From Eledone cirrhosa (Eukaryota), in contig OZ024742.1 of NCBI GenBank assembly GCA_964016885.1, positions 144,336,001-144,400,000 on the forward strand: a stretch of DNA of 64,000 nt. The letters are read 5' to 3'. The position numbers and the translations under genes were made by a program. The notes below the pieces were generated by a model, which saw only the letters and a program-made list of their open reading frames with translations, searched no databases and was not told the origin of the DNA. This document shows, one piece after another, positions 39,545-52,627 of this stretch. Position 1 is the first letter of the stretch, and each line of letters opens with the position of its first letter.

Positions 39545-41028
39545 ACCCTACAATTCCACTAGAATTGGTAGTTTTATTATTTAATCTCCCATGTCAACCA
39601 CCCCGAGAGAGCAGACTCCTAATCCAAGCGGTTCTAACTATAACGATCACACGTTCACCCCCAGTGCACTCGGGACAACATTATCCCATGCGTCTTTTTC
39701 CTTAGACAGTAGAGTGTTGTTTGGGAAGATTTGGCTACTATTTCCAGCAGACATTGTAGTCGCCTAAATGTTCTCTCTGGCATTGGCTAAGAAATATAAT
39801 GGCTTCTCCTCTGGACAAAACATGACAAATTTGTGTGAAAGAAGAGGGATGTAATCGATTTAATCAACTGGTATCGAACTGTCTCATACCACCTGGGGAT
39901 AAGAGAGACAGCAAGATTTGATCTCGAAAAGCAAAACACCACTAAACTAAAGTCCTTGACTGCTCGTGCCATTCCAGCGCCATATCTTGCTTCCCGATAA
40001 AACCAACAATGAGGTTTAAAGCCAACAAGAACGAACTCACATGGCCATTCAACTGTCTAGAAATAGCAGCTAGCTATTCCTCAAATCATATATCTGTTCA
40101 GTCTTTCGAAAAAAGACGTTTTGGTGAATTATATGGTTCTGGAGTCCTTGCATATAGGCCAAAACAAGCGGGATGTTCACGGCTGGATCGCTTATGAACG
40201 TATGACTGCTCAATCATGGCTGTATTGGAACTAAACAACGTGTCTTGCATATAAGTTGACAGAAAGAGACGAGAGACACAGAGAAAGATAAGGAGATCTT
40301 AGATACAGATTTTGCCATTCTTAAAATAACAGGATTAGAAATCTGATAGTCTCCACCTGCCACCGCCTCCATCCTCTGCTCGAGCTTTCTTGAAGCTGAA
40401 ACTTGGTGAGTTAAAAAAAAATTACTTTAAATGCTTTTAAATTTATTGATACTGATGTGATACGGGAAGTGGTTGTGGTAGTGATGATGATGATGATGAT
40501 GATGATGGTGGCAACGCAGTGGAATTGATATTGAGGTATAAGGTGATAGCGGTGGTGCTATAGATGCTGGTAGTGGTAGTAGTAGAATAAGCTGTGATGG
40601 CATATAGTAGTGACGTGGTAGTGATGGTAATGGCACCATTACAACAGTAGTAGTAGTGGTGGTGGTAGTCGTGGTGGTGGTGGTCGTGGTGGTGGTAGTG
40701 ACGGTATCATTGTGACAGTAGTAATAGCAGTAGTAAAATTAGTGGTGATGACATCATAGTGGCATAGTATTACGTGGTGGTGGAAGCGGCTGTGAAATTA
40801 GAATTAGTGGAGGCGGCATCATATGGGTGGCTTCGAGTTGTCGGTTGTAGTGATGTTGTTATTGATATTTAGCCCCAGGTCAGCTCTGATGAAACAGACC
40901 TGTGATCAAAGACATTCCAGATACCCAACTTATGACCAAAGGTGGTGTTCCAGATATAATGATCCCGTCTTTATTTTTCAGATGTAATAAATACATTTAG
41001 GATTGCATTATCTAATGGCAGTATCTAA

Positions 41029-41220
41029 GGGCGGTGGATTGGCAGTATCGGTAGAGGGTCGGACGCCATGCTTTGACGCATAGAGTTACGGCCCTTGCCA
41101 TTCTGAGTTCAAATCCCGCCGAGGTTAACTTTGCCTTTCATCCTTACGGGGTCGATAAAATAAAGTAACAGTAATACACTGGGTAATTGCTGGCCTTGTG
41201 CCAAAAGTAGAAACAATTAT
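41029..41220 (+). mobile_element. SINE S1
   Basis: Full-length match. Confidence 0.9.
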
Positions 41221-41462
41221 CTAATATATTCTTCCCTTTATAATGGGTAATAGTGTAAGAGATTTGACTACACAATTAACAGGTCGACCAGCCTTGTAAA
41301 TCATGTTATACAAAGCAGTAGTAGTAGTAGTAGTACTACTAGTAGTAGTAGTGGTGGTGGTGGTGGTGGTGGTGATGGTAAGGGTTTTGGGGATATTAAA
41401 GATTCACAATTGTAATGGTAGGCAATGTTTGAAGTGATATCGGAAAATAGTGACTTTAGAAT

Positions 41463-41633
41463 ATAATTGTTTCTACTTTTGGCACAAGGCCAACAATTAT
41501 CCCAGTGTATTACTGGTACTTTATTTTATCGACCCCGTAAGGATGAAAGGCAAAGTTAACTTCGGCGGGATTTGAACTCAGACTTTAAAGGGATGTAACT
41601 ATGCTAGAAAACATGACGCCCGAACCTCTACCG
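41463..41633 (-). mobile_element. SINE S1
   Basis: Reverse-complement match, inverted relative to the copy at 41029. Confidence 0.85.
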
Positions 41634-41963
41634 GAATATAATGGTTGTAGTTGATGTTATTTGTTTTTGTCTTTCCTGGTCAAGCGGACACGATGAAAGG
41701 CATTCTAGACGTTGTTTCTTTCTAGGCACCATATTGAAAAATAAACTTCATATATACATATGTATATATTTAGGTTTGAAGGTTCACCACTGGATAGCGT
41801 TGGTCATTCCGTATGGTCAATCTTGATGTAATAATATGGAGAGTACTCAACGTAAAGCAGCTCAACCGTCTTCGTTTGTGTAGTTGGTGGTGCGAGTACG
41901 GAGTTAATTATTATAATAACATAACAGGAGGCTGGACTTGTGTAAATCCTTGAAAGGTTTATT

Positions 41964-42021
41964 ATACTATGATCATTTCAATGATCGGGTTCCGTATGAA
42001 TCCGGTGATATCATCAGGTAT
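41964..42021 (-). ncRNA. Type I hammerhead ribozyme in a (TA)n-bounded insert at 41768-42131
   Basis: Minus strand: ATAC-CTGATGA-TATCACCGGATTC-ATACG-GAACCCGATCATT-GAAA-TGATCA-TA-GTAT. The element tip AGGTTTGA(A)GGTTCACCACTGGAT is also found alone at 13738-13760. Confidence 0.7.
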
Positions 42022-42157
42022 TCGAAATATAATAAATGAATGTAACAGATAAAATCCATGGGGCTGAAAATCATAGACCCGAGGACGACCGACCATCTAG
42101 CATCTTCCACTTTAGCCGGTTGCCCTCAAGTATATATATATATATGTATATATATAA

Positions 42158-42340
42158 GATTTCCAGAAACTCTGAAACTTATGGTGTGCTGGGAGAAGCG
42201 ACCATGCCATTTCCAGGACTTCCAAAACTGGTGGGAAAGGGTGAGACAGGACAGCTACTATGGCATTTTCCGGACCACCATGACTGGAGAGGGAAGGGAG
42301 AGAAAATTATCTTCACTCAAGAATCTAGCCCAAATATGAT
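42158..42340 (+). pseudogene. Possible L1/Tx1-type LINE ORF2 fragment
   Basis: Encodes CWEKRPCHFQDFQNWWERVR, resembling the W..K..F...WW(D/E)..K segment downstream of Tx1 APE domains. Confidence 0.3.
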
Positions 42341-42579
42341 GGAAAACTGAGCAGATGGAATGAGGCAAAATTCTAATTTCTAACAGCTACGGGATCAATG
42401 AAAATGTTGAAAATTAACTATTTTAACAAATGCTGAATATCATAAGTGAAATATTTCACTATGTTTAGATGCATGAAAGTGAATCATTTTCAAGAAATTT
42501 GACACTTTCTCAGTTGGATGAAAAATGAGCAAAATTTCAAATTGCTAACATGCAGGCTGATAATTATAGTTTATTAGTA

Positions 42580-42872
42580 GGCCGGCCGTTATTGGATCTC
42601 CGTCGGTTCAGACGACGAATGTTTGAGTTGATTCAATCATCGGAACAGCTTACTCTCTACAGACACGTGCACTTTTAACGTAGATTCGGTGAGACACACT
42701 GTGTGACAAAGTTGTCTCATTGAATTACAGCTATAACTCAATTTTGTCAGCGGAATTGACGGAACAACATGAAATAGAGTGTCTTGCTCAAGGACAAAAC
42801 TCACCGTCGGGAATCGAAATCAAGACCATACGATCATGAGCTGAACACCCTAATCACTAAGCCACGCGCTTT
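42580..42872 (-). mobile_element. SINE S2-related
   Basis: Minus strand GAAAGCGCGTGGCTTAGTGATTAGGG..TCGATTCCC..CCTTGAGCAAGACAC. Confidence 0.75.
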
Positions 42873-45049
42873 CATAGTTGCTGTACGACTAAATTTCTAA
42901 GACACCTGCTATTTGGGTGAATTAGGAGCTAGTAAAAAACAACATAATATGTCTTTTAATTAATCATACTTAATGGGAATAAACCATCTTTACTTGTCTT
43001 TAGAGTTATTGAATTGAATATTGAATTGAATTTAACGAAATTAACCAACAAGCTTTTAATTTCCCCCATCCCCTAAAATACTACAAAAAGGAAGAAGGAT
43101 TTGTTCTTTTAGTAACAGACAGAAATAGAATAGGCAGTGTTAGGAAGGGTAGAGAGAATAGTGAAGTTGATGGGGGATGAAACTGAATATCAAATGTAAT
43201 TATAATTAGTATAATTTGTAAAAGAATGTATTTAGTTCCAGGCGAATCAATAGCAACTTAGCAATCAGAAAACAAATGTATGCAAGATAATGATTGATAG
43301 AAGCTACCCAGGGACATCATCTGTACAATAAAAGCAACAGTCAAGTTAGTGTTCTCATACTTTATGTAGCGAGGAAATAAAATCTAATTAATTAATAATA
43401 CTTGCACGATGAAGAGAAAGATACATTAACTCAGCATTATTGTAATTTAATTTTAAGTACGAGCGACAACTACGGGTCTGTTTCGGTCTTATTAGTCCTC
43501 TGTAGTTACCAAGACCGGCTTTCGTGAGCCAATACCATAGCCAGTAAGAGATTGGTACCTTACAAGCTATTACGAAATAAATTTCAACGAGACAAAACAC
43601 CTGCAGTGGTATGGATTCATTATTTATGAGATGAGACAGGAATACGACATAAGCAGGTGGTGCAGAAGAGAGAAACTTTGTTGATAGAAAGTTAAACATC
43701 ACGGTTATTTAATTCTATAAAACAAAAGGCTAGCTGAGAATTAAAAAAATGCTTTTTCCTTAAGAAAAAGTAAAATACAGTCCTACTCAGCATCGCTACC
43801 CCAGTGATGCGACCCGATGTGCAGGCCGCTTCTTGGTGCCAGGAGAAAGAATAGAGAAAACATCGCCCCAGATAGTGACGAGGGAGACGCGATAGAATAA
43901 CCATTCTTTCTCGTGGGGCTCGCATCAGCGAGTAGCCAACTCCGCCTTGATAGTAGTGAGCAGAGATGTGTTCCGGGGGATGGGGTCACTAAAACTGCTA
44001 CAGGTTCGACCACAAACCTATAGGAGAGCGACCGATATTTCGATAGTTTGCCATCTTCAGCCTGGGTTAGTCACGGAATACACCAAGCTGCTGCTAGTAA
44101 TGTCACGTTACTTTCCGGAAAGAGATACCTATTATATTCTTCCAACCGGAAACCCAGCCCGAATGCTTGCAGCAAGTGTGGACTCCGATAAAGACTCCCA
44201 GCTGGTGGTAACAGGCCAGGTGACGAATGAAATCTACTATAAATGTATTCCATGGCGAGACTGGAAATCAGTGCTATGAGCCGAACAAATCTCCCAAGGC
44301 ATCCTGTTCTCTACTAATTCCGTTAATCCATGTGAACTCGACAGGATTTAAATTTCAGAGCCGGAACAAATACTGCAAAACTGTTTCTCCTGTGCTCTAA
44401 CGACTCTCAATTCCCTGTCTAATATGTATGACAGAAGACTTTGACAAACCAATCAATAATTAATTAACAATAAAGAGGTGATCTACAGCATACGTGTGTG
44501 TGTGTTTTTTATTGGCAGAATAGTAAACTTCTTAAAGTACAAGAAGTACAACAGAAGGCAGCCAATTGGCCGAGTCGCATTAAATGCCGCGTTATTTGTT
44601 CAAATTCATTGTGCACTGAGTTCGAATACCACCGAGGTCATAATTTCCAGATCGATAAAATGGGTACCAGTTCAGTGCTGGAATCGACTATGGTCACACC
44701 ATTGAAATGCTATTGAAGTTAAGGGGCCCTTCCTTTTCCCATTTCCTCTAAAGTACAACACTACATATTTCAACACATGGTTTCATATCAAGAATATTGC
44801 GAAGCAAATACCAAACTAATATAATAAACATATGACAAATGTTGACTTTGAATGTTTAAGATTAATTAAATTATATAATTTGTAGTCAACCATATACTGT
44901 GTATTTATGAAAATAAATAATATATTTTTAGAACTAGAGAAAACTTTAAAATCGAAAATTCTTGTAAACATTTCAACAATGACACATGCCAAAAGATAAT
45001 CAAATCCATAATATTTATTTTTATGTGTGTATATATATATATATATATA

Positions 45050-45124
45050 GAGGGTGTCCCCCCAAAATGTATACACACTTCAACAGTAGTCTAATAAATG
45101 TGTATACATCTTTTGGCTACACTG
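45050..45124. mobile_element. Tiny Tc1/mariner-type MITE
   Basis: GAGGGTGTCCCCCAAAATGTATACAC pairs with GTGTATACATCTTTTGGCTACACTG; TA-flanked. Confidence 0.55.
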
Positions 45125-45144
45125 TATGTGTGTGTATGTATAAA

Positions 45145-45288
<144 letters not shown>

Positions 45289-45808
45289 CACACACACACA
45301 CATATATATATATATGCATATATGTGTGTATATAAGTTGGTGGGGTAGCACTTTAAGTGTAAGTAAATATTTTTCAAACAGGATATTTTTTCAAATTAGT
45401 AATGAAAGGCAAGAAACTGAGAAGGAAAAACATAATCGTGAATAAAATGAATTTCAGTCAAAATGAAAGACCTAAATAAACTCCATCATAAAATCTTTCG
45501 TCCGTTCTCATTTTTAAAAAAATTCTATACTACATAATTAAGTATTGAATTACAACTTTCAACTAAATGTGGACCAAAAAATATCTTGACTAAAAGAGGA
45601 ATGCAATTGTGGAAAAAAAATTATATATATATATATATACATTCATATATATATATATATATGTATATGTATATATATATATACATACACATATACACAC
45701 ACACACATATATATACAAGCCAACACTGCCTGGCACCACGGTCGTGATTTTACATATCGCTCTACATATATATGCATATATACATACATATACACAGACA
45801 TATGTATG

Positions 45809-45944
<136 letters not shown>

Positions 45945-46239
45945 TGTGTATGAGCCCTGTTTAATTTGTGATAAGTTTTAATTCCTGCTTGAAGAATAAG
46001 TAAATAATACTCTGTTTAGACGAGTCAAGATGTGTTTTGTGGAACCCACATGTGTTTAGTTGCCGTGTACTCCATACAAGTAGAGTTTAAGATGTATAAA
46101 AAGATTTCTGTACAGACTGAAATATAGTTTCGTAGCATGTATGTATATGTAAATATGTAAATGAAGTCGTGTAGGTGTCACGACAAAAAAACACACAGTC
46201 CACGCTGTAATGTGGCCGTGTAGGTAACACGGTAAAAAC

Positions 46240-46413
46240 CTCCCAGTTCCACATTGTAAACGTAGTTGGTGTTAGGAAGGGCATCCAGCCGTAGAAAACC
46301 TGCCAGACAGCCCTATACGAGCGAGACATGGTCACCCGACCAATCTTGCCTCAAGTAGGACAATTCCTGTCTAAATCCATGCTAGCGTGGAAGATGATGA
46401 TGATGATGATGAT
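46240..46413 (+). mobile_element. SINE fragment with an RTE-type tail
   Basis: GTTAGGAAGGGCATCCAGCCGTAGAAA..CCATGCTAGCGTGGAA(GAT)n. Confidence 0.65.
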
Positions 46414-46450
46414 GTATGGAGATCCAACAGTTAAGGGCCGAAACCCTTGC

Positions 46451-46489
<39 letters not shown>

Positions 46490-46577
46490 TTCTTCTTTAA
46501 AGACCTGCTATCCAGTTCTCTCTCTCTTGAGTTTCTTAATACTATGAATGTATATACAGTTGGCTCCCCCCCCCCCA

Positions 46578-46616
<39 letters not shown>

Positions 46617-46668
46617 GATAGATAGATAGATAGATGTGTTTATCCCGGGTTCAATCGGAGGTAACCAG

Positions 46669-46719
46669 GGCTTCCTGATGATTTCTCCTGAATGAAACAG
46701 TTCTAGTCCTGTAGAAGCC
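46669..46719 (+). ncRNA. Compact type I hammerhead ribozyme
   Basis: GGCTTC-CTGATGA-TTTC-TCCT-GAAT-GAAA-CAG-TTCTAGTC-CTG-TA-GAAGCC. Stem I is a perfect 6 bp and the cleavage triplet is GUA. Confidence 0.8.
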
Positions 46720-46743
46720 ATTTCTATATTAAATAAATATATA

Positions 46744-47187
46744 TATATTAACAAATGGAAACTATATTTATTTCACTATACATATTTCAAGGGCCACCAA
46801 GGCAAACTATGGTGCGCTTTCATCAGATAAAATATAATATAGGTTAGTTTTATAAATAAATATTGACATACCCTGAAAAAATGCAACCATTCTGGTTGGA
46901 ATCTCCTAGATAGTCTAGGAGATTCCAACCAGAATGGTTGCATTTTTTCAGGGTATGTCAATATTTATTTATAAAACTAACCTATATTATATTTTATCTG
47001 ATGAAAGCGCACCATAGTTTGCCTTGGTGGCCCTTGAAATATGTATAGTGAAATAAATATGGTTTTATAAATATAGTTTCCATTTGTTAATATATTGTAT
47101 ATTTACTCCAATAATTTGTTTGAGTGCTTTATATCAGTTATAAAAATATTTTGCTTGTTGTATCCCAACAAATTAAATATAACCTCT

Positions 47188-47188
<1 letters not shown>
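46744..47188 (+). mobile_element. Family A fold-back insert in (TA)n
   Basis: Arms at about 46744-46910 and 46914-47093 (3-nt spacer), with a 3' tail to 47188. Confidence 0.85.
46990..47055 (+). ncRNA. Type I hammerhead ribozyme (mirror copy on - strand at about 46769-46834)
   Basis: TATTTTAT-CTGATGA-AAGCGCACCA..TGGTGGCCCTT-GAAA-TATGTA-TA-GTGAAATA. Confidence 0.8.
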
Positions 47189-47244
<56 letters not shown>

Positions 47245-47303
47245 TATATATATATATATAAAAATATATATATATATATATATATAAATATATATATATA
47301 TGG

Positions 47304-47393
47304 CAGACCTGTTAACTCTCCCCAACTTTACCTCATTTTTCTCCGTTTTGGAGCACTTTTATTCCTTTGTGTTTTTAGAGGGTGGCAGGTCTG
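47304..47393. mobile_element. hAT-like MITE (short copy)
   Basis: TIRs CAGACCTGTTAACTCTC and GAGGGTGGCAGGTCTG; a longer relative lies at 54232-54405. Confidence 0.65.
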
Positions 47394-48029
47394 TATTAGT
47401 TCTCCATACCTTTGTGTGATTCCAACAACCTAACCTGACTGAAGAATGTCAGACATATTGATGACGTGGGATGGAGGGGGGGGGGTTGATAACCAGCGCC
47501 ATTGCAATGGTGGTAATAGATGAATGAAACTGCTTTTGGGGTGGATCTATTTTTCATAACATATTCAGCAATCTGAGCGTACATTGCCAGTCATTGACGG
47601 ATGGAAGAATTAGAGAACTGTAATTGTCAACGTATATACGTAATAGTTTGTTTTAGGCTTTCATCGAGCAGATTTATGATCAAAGGTGCTTATGGTATGG
47701 TCACCGCGTCTCCGTTTCTGTTGTAATCCTATGCACATCTTGGATCCACTGTAGAAATATAGATCGACCCAAGTATTTGACGGAGGCTTCATTTTATTCA
47801 AAATCGAAAGAGTTGTAACTAAGTAGCATTCGGCCAATAATGCACAGCTATCTCGCCTTTCTTTCCGATATAGTGTATATAGGACACATATATTAGGTCC
47901 AACAGATGATGTAATACATAGCTGATTGTGACAACACAACAACAGTTTTAAGGCTATGCTAAAGTAGGATTAACTTTGAGGGCGCCAGGAAAAAGCCTCT
48001 CCACTTCACCCTTTAGGCAACACAATGTC

Positions 48030-48290
48030 CTTCATTTGCTCCATTATCTTTAGCTATGATTTTCTTGTTCTACCCCTTCCTCAATTTCTGTCCTCATTCA
48101 TTTCCGCCACACCCTTCACCAAGTCACTTGTATCCATCCGTAATATGATCCAACCATCTTATTCCATTTCTTTTCACCACATTCACTACTGGCTCTATTC
48201 CCATCATCCTCTGAAATTCATTGTTCTCCTTTCAGCGATACTCTACTCATACACCGAAGCATTCTCACCACTCATGCAACATACACCCAT
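48030..48290 (-). pseudogene. Decayed RTE-clade LINE ORF C-terminal fragment
   Basis: With frameshifts, the minus strand encodes RMLRCMSRVSL..EFQRMMGIEPVV..RW..LRMDTSDLVKGVAEM..GRGRTRKS. Confidence 0.6.
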
Positions 48291-49089
48291 CCTTTCAATT
48301 TCACCAAAATTCAACCACAGTTTCCGGAACTCATCTAGAAACTGTCGTGGTGTCTGATCCAGCCTGACTATTGAACAAGTCACCTAAGTAAGAAGCTGCT
48401 GTGAAAGATACACACATATAGGTTTGGATTTGCATTTCAACATTCATAATTGATACGTAAGCAGTACAAATATAATCTTGGGCTTCAAATTTAATATAAA
48501 CATACATCAGTTCACATTTATATACTTCCAAATTCGATTCCTCTGCACGGCAACATGGGCAAATATTTTCTGCCATAGAAATCTATGTGAGTGCTCTTAA
48601 ATTCACATACCAGCACACATAGAGACCAGGATTTTAAGTGGAAGAGGGAGTAGAGTCAGCAATACCCGCGCAAAGTATGAGACTCAATAGGCTTGCACGA
48701 CACATCATATACTACTACCTCATCCATTGGCATGATCCCAAAACAGGTTGCTTCTTTTTTTTCTAGAGACATGCTTTAACAAATATTATGGGCGGTTGTC
48801 TCACATCCATTGATTTCCAAGTAGAAAACCGGAATTTCTATGTTTCCGTTCTATTGCTAGGTATTGACCTGTGAAAGGGGTAAATGAACATATATACATT
48901 ATGTGTAGGTTGAACTAACATAAGTTTAGCATACAACATACAAATATACACGAGGATTCATATATATATATATAGCTGATGATGCAAATATATATTTTTT
49001 TCAGATACACTAAGATGATTTGATAGTAAAGTTATTTTTACAGTTTGAATGTAAAAAAGGAAAACATTACGGAAAGGTAATATTTGGGT

Positions 49090-49179
<90 letters not shown>

Positions 49180-50139
49180 AGCTAAATTTCTGTCTCGATC
49201 TTGATTTGAACTTTAGACGACCTACGCGCATTGAAGGGGAAATGATTCACTTTCAGAGACAGACAAGATGGCGTATTTTTTTATCTTCTCCAAATAATGA
49301 TAATAAAACACCTTCATCACCATCGTCATCACTGCCATCATCATACTTTATATAAAGAAAATTCTAAAGAAGTGGTTGATTTTTCTCATTTTCTTTCTTT
49401 CTAGCATTCAAAGATTTCTTTAAAGCGGTTTTGTAAAAAGGGAAGGATATGGTCGATTGAATCATCAACACTAAATTACTGGCGTTTCTTTAATCGAGCC
49501 GGACACAATGAAATGAAAATGGTTCTGGCGTGATTTGAACTAAGTACAGTTCAGTTACTAAAATTTACAACCCACTATGCATCTAAAGTTTTGACATTTG
49601 AAACCACTTCAGTTCGTTTTCTCAACCGAGGTTTTTTGAGAAAATACAAATGTCACAGAATTTCATTATATCTCAACTACAAAAGCTATTCATTTTTGGA
49701 GACCTAGGTTCACTATAGACTTCAACATTAGTGTGGAATTCTTAGAAAAGCTAATGAATAGAAAGAAATCTTCCAATTACTAATTCTATAATTTAAAAAA
49801 ATTAGCTAAAGCGTAGTAGCTCTTAAAATTTCTAACATTTCGACTAACAAGCAAATCTTCAATGACTATATTCATTACAACAATGAAGCACTCTGAAATA
49901 GTTGGTTCATAGAAAAAAAATAACACACACCCGTAACAGCACTGGTAGAAGAGTTAGGAGGAATATACCAAGAAATACCATGTGGTACAGTCCACGCCAT
50001 AATGCAAAGCTAAGATAGCACTACTTAACAAACTCTCCTTCTCCTCGCTACATAAGTACTATAGAAACTTCAACTGTAATTCTGTAAACCTTTATTTATT
50101 TCATAACTCCTAACATAGCTCAAAATATCGCTTAATCTA

Positions 50140-50171
<32 letters not shown>

Positions 50172-50184
<13 letters not shown>

Positions 50185-50506
50185 GGAGGTGAGTTTTATT
50201 GTAGTACAATAAAGCAATGCAGATATCGGATAAGAAGCACTCTACAGTTTGTGGTACTGGAGTATACATAATATATAAGAACAAAAGATGGTTAAAGGAG
50301 TTCCATGTATTTTATTATGCGCATTTCAAAAACAAATATCATCATGCAATAATATTTGTGTTTTCATCAGATAAAACAGGAGGACATGATATGAAGGCTA
50401 AAAAACACTTGTGGATAGTTCAGTTTTAAATCAATTTAATGTTTTTGAAATGCGCATAATAAAATACATGGAACTCCTTTAACCATCTTTTGTTCTTATA
50501 TATTAT
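50172..50506 (-). mobile_element. Fold-back Penelope-like insert in (TA)n
   Basis: Arms at about 50268-50334 and 50440-50506, with a unique tail at 50172-50267 containing GAGTGCTT on the minus strand. Confidence 0.8.
50309..50377 (-). ncRNA. Type I hammerhead ribozyme
   Basis: Minus strand: GTTTTAT-CTGATGA-AAACACAAATATT..GATATTTGTTTTT-GAAA-TGCGCA-TA-ATAAAAT. Confidence 0.85.
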
Positions 50507-50544
50507 ATATATATATAGTTAAACTGACACACAAATATGACACG

Positions 50545-50886
50545 ACACTCTAGATGCAATTGTTCAGCCCTTAATAACTGTCCTTTCAATTCACGTTGTC
50601 TAGATAGGCAATAGTGAATCAATGCACTGTCATGACTAACTAGATGGAAGAAGTCTATATAGGTATTACTGCGAATATTTTTAAACTATGGTACAACCAG
50701 TACGTAACTTCTGTCTGTCCCCCAGCACACACACACATGCACAAAACAATAAAAAGAAACATCATGGCACTCTCCATTTATGCCAACTTACAAAATACCA
50801 GCCATAGTAGAAGTACCCAACGAGAGATACTCCATATACAGACAATAGAAATCCGTATAACCTCTGTAGAGAAGCTACTCGAATAA
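50545..50886 (+). pseudogene. Decayed Penelope-like element GIY-YIG endonuclease (CxCx5C linker)
   Basis: CNCSALNNCPFNSRCLD (50555-50605), then a frameshift to IVNQCTV..EEVYIGITANIFKLWYNQ..KRNIMALSIY, then YNLCRE at 50856. This is the order of PLE endonuclease motifs CNC-CP-CL / IVY / YIG / FKxRY / T(A/E)LSKY / CNLC. Confidence 0.8.
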
Positions 50887-51016
50887 TTTTCACTAAGTGA
50901 GGTCACCTCCCCCCACCCCCACCCCTACCCCCACCACCACCACCAAAAAGAAAATGGCCAAAATTACGGCCTGCATTTTGTTTTGTTAAATATAAGTATT
51001 ATTGTATCTTAATAGT

Positions 51017-51099
<83 letters not shown>

Positions 51100-51360
51100 A
51101 AAAAATGAAATTTCATTTCTCACTCTGAGTACGGCTGATACTTAAATATAAGTATGTATACGTACATACATATATGTATACAGACGTACAGTAGTATGTA
51201 TATACATACATACATGCACACATATATATATATATGTACCCATGGGTTTACCGAACATTTATTATAATGTTCGGTTTGTTTGTAAACAAACAGCCCGAAT
51301 TATTAGCCGTACAGTGTTCGGCCACCATCGTTGCCATTTTGTTCAACACTGACAAAGAAA

Positions 51361-51401
51361 CGATGAACTAGTTTCTAGCTTATTAGCTGTCATCAGCACC
51401 G
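51361..51401 (-). ncRNA. Minimal type I hammerhead ribozyme
   Basis: Minus strand: CGGTG-CTGATGA-CAGCT-AATA-AGCTA-GAAA-CTAG-TT-CATCG. Confidence 0.85.
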
Positions 51402-51828
51402 TATACCTTCCTGTCAGTTGATTGAACGTTTGAAAGTATATACTTTCCTTATGCATATTAACAGCTGAGCAGCCTAATTTGCATATCGAGTGAGTTAGTC
51501 GGCCGGGCGTACCGAAAACGATAAATGGAAAAAATGAAATTTCATTTCTCACTCTTAGTACGGCTGATACCTAAATATAAGTATGTATACGTACATACAT
51601 ATATGTATACATACGTACAGTAGTATGTATATACATACATACATGCACACATATATATATGTACGTATGGGTTTACAAACAAACCGAGCATTATAATAAA
51701 TGTTCGGTAAACCCATACGTACATATATATGTGTGCATGTATGTATGTATATACATACTACTGTACGTCTGTATACATATATGTATGTACGTATACATAC
51801 TTATATTTATATATATAGGAAGGTATAC

Positions 51829-51867
51829 GTTGCTGACGATAGCTAATAAGCTTGAAACTAGTACAGC
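51829..51867 (+). ncRNA. Minimal type I hammerhead ribozyme
   Basis: GTTG-CTGACGA-TAGCT-AATA-AGCTT-GAAA-CTAG-TA-CAGC. Confidence 0.8.
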
Positions 51868-52130
51868 ATTCCTTTGTCAGTGTTGAACAAACGAGCAACG
51901 ATGGTTGCTAGACACTACGGCTTAATACGGGATGTTTGTTTACAAACACACCGAGCATTATAATAAATGTTCGGTGAATCCATACGTACATATATATGTG
52001 TGCATGTATGTATATATATATACATACTACTGTACGTCTGTATACATATATGTATGTACGTGTACATACTTATATTTAAGTAACAGCCGTACTAAGAGTG
52101 AGAAATGAAATTTCGTTTCATTATTTTCCG

Positions 52131-52228
<98 letters not shown>

Positions 52229-52491
52229 AATTGAAAAAAAAATATTCTTGAACTCTGCAACACATTTAAGAAATGTCCCAAAAGAGGAAGGATGACAATA
52301 CTTCGGTTCCTTGGGTCAGTGTTTCTGTAAGCATGAAAATTTCAAAACATCACTGTTCAGATCGCTGCCTGGTATACGTGATACGAAATCTAAGAATATT
52401 TCTCTATTGGACAGGTGTCCCAAGCCAGAGGAGGCAAATATTTGAAATCACCTTAACGTCACGGAACTAGAATTAAACACGTCTCCATGAA

Positions 52492-52559
<68 letters not shown>

Positions 52560-52627
52560 TATATATATATATTTTTTTTTTATTATTATTTTTTTAAAAT
52601 CCAGCGTCAATAAAAACACCAGGATTT

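Larger units (their letters stand above)
51098..52130. mobile_element. Tandem plus inverted array of a 429-bp hammerhead-bearing repeat (retrozyme/pLTR-like)
   Basis: Direct repeat starting at 51098 and 51527, an inversion at about 51672-51810, and a plus-strand copy at 51818-52130; bounded by (TA)n. Confidence 0.8.

Noticed and set aside
43461-43510. Minus-strand CTACAGA-GGACT-AATA-AGACC-GAAA-CAG motif
   Set aside because: Two core substitutions and no stem I; at best a very old relic.
44030-44066. Minus-strand CTGAAGA..GAAA-TA-TC
   Set aside because: Stem I does not pair, and the site is not in a (TA)n-bounded insert.
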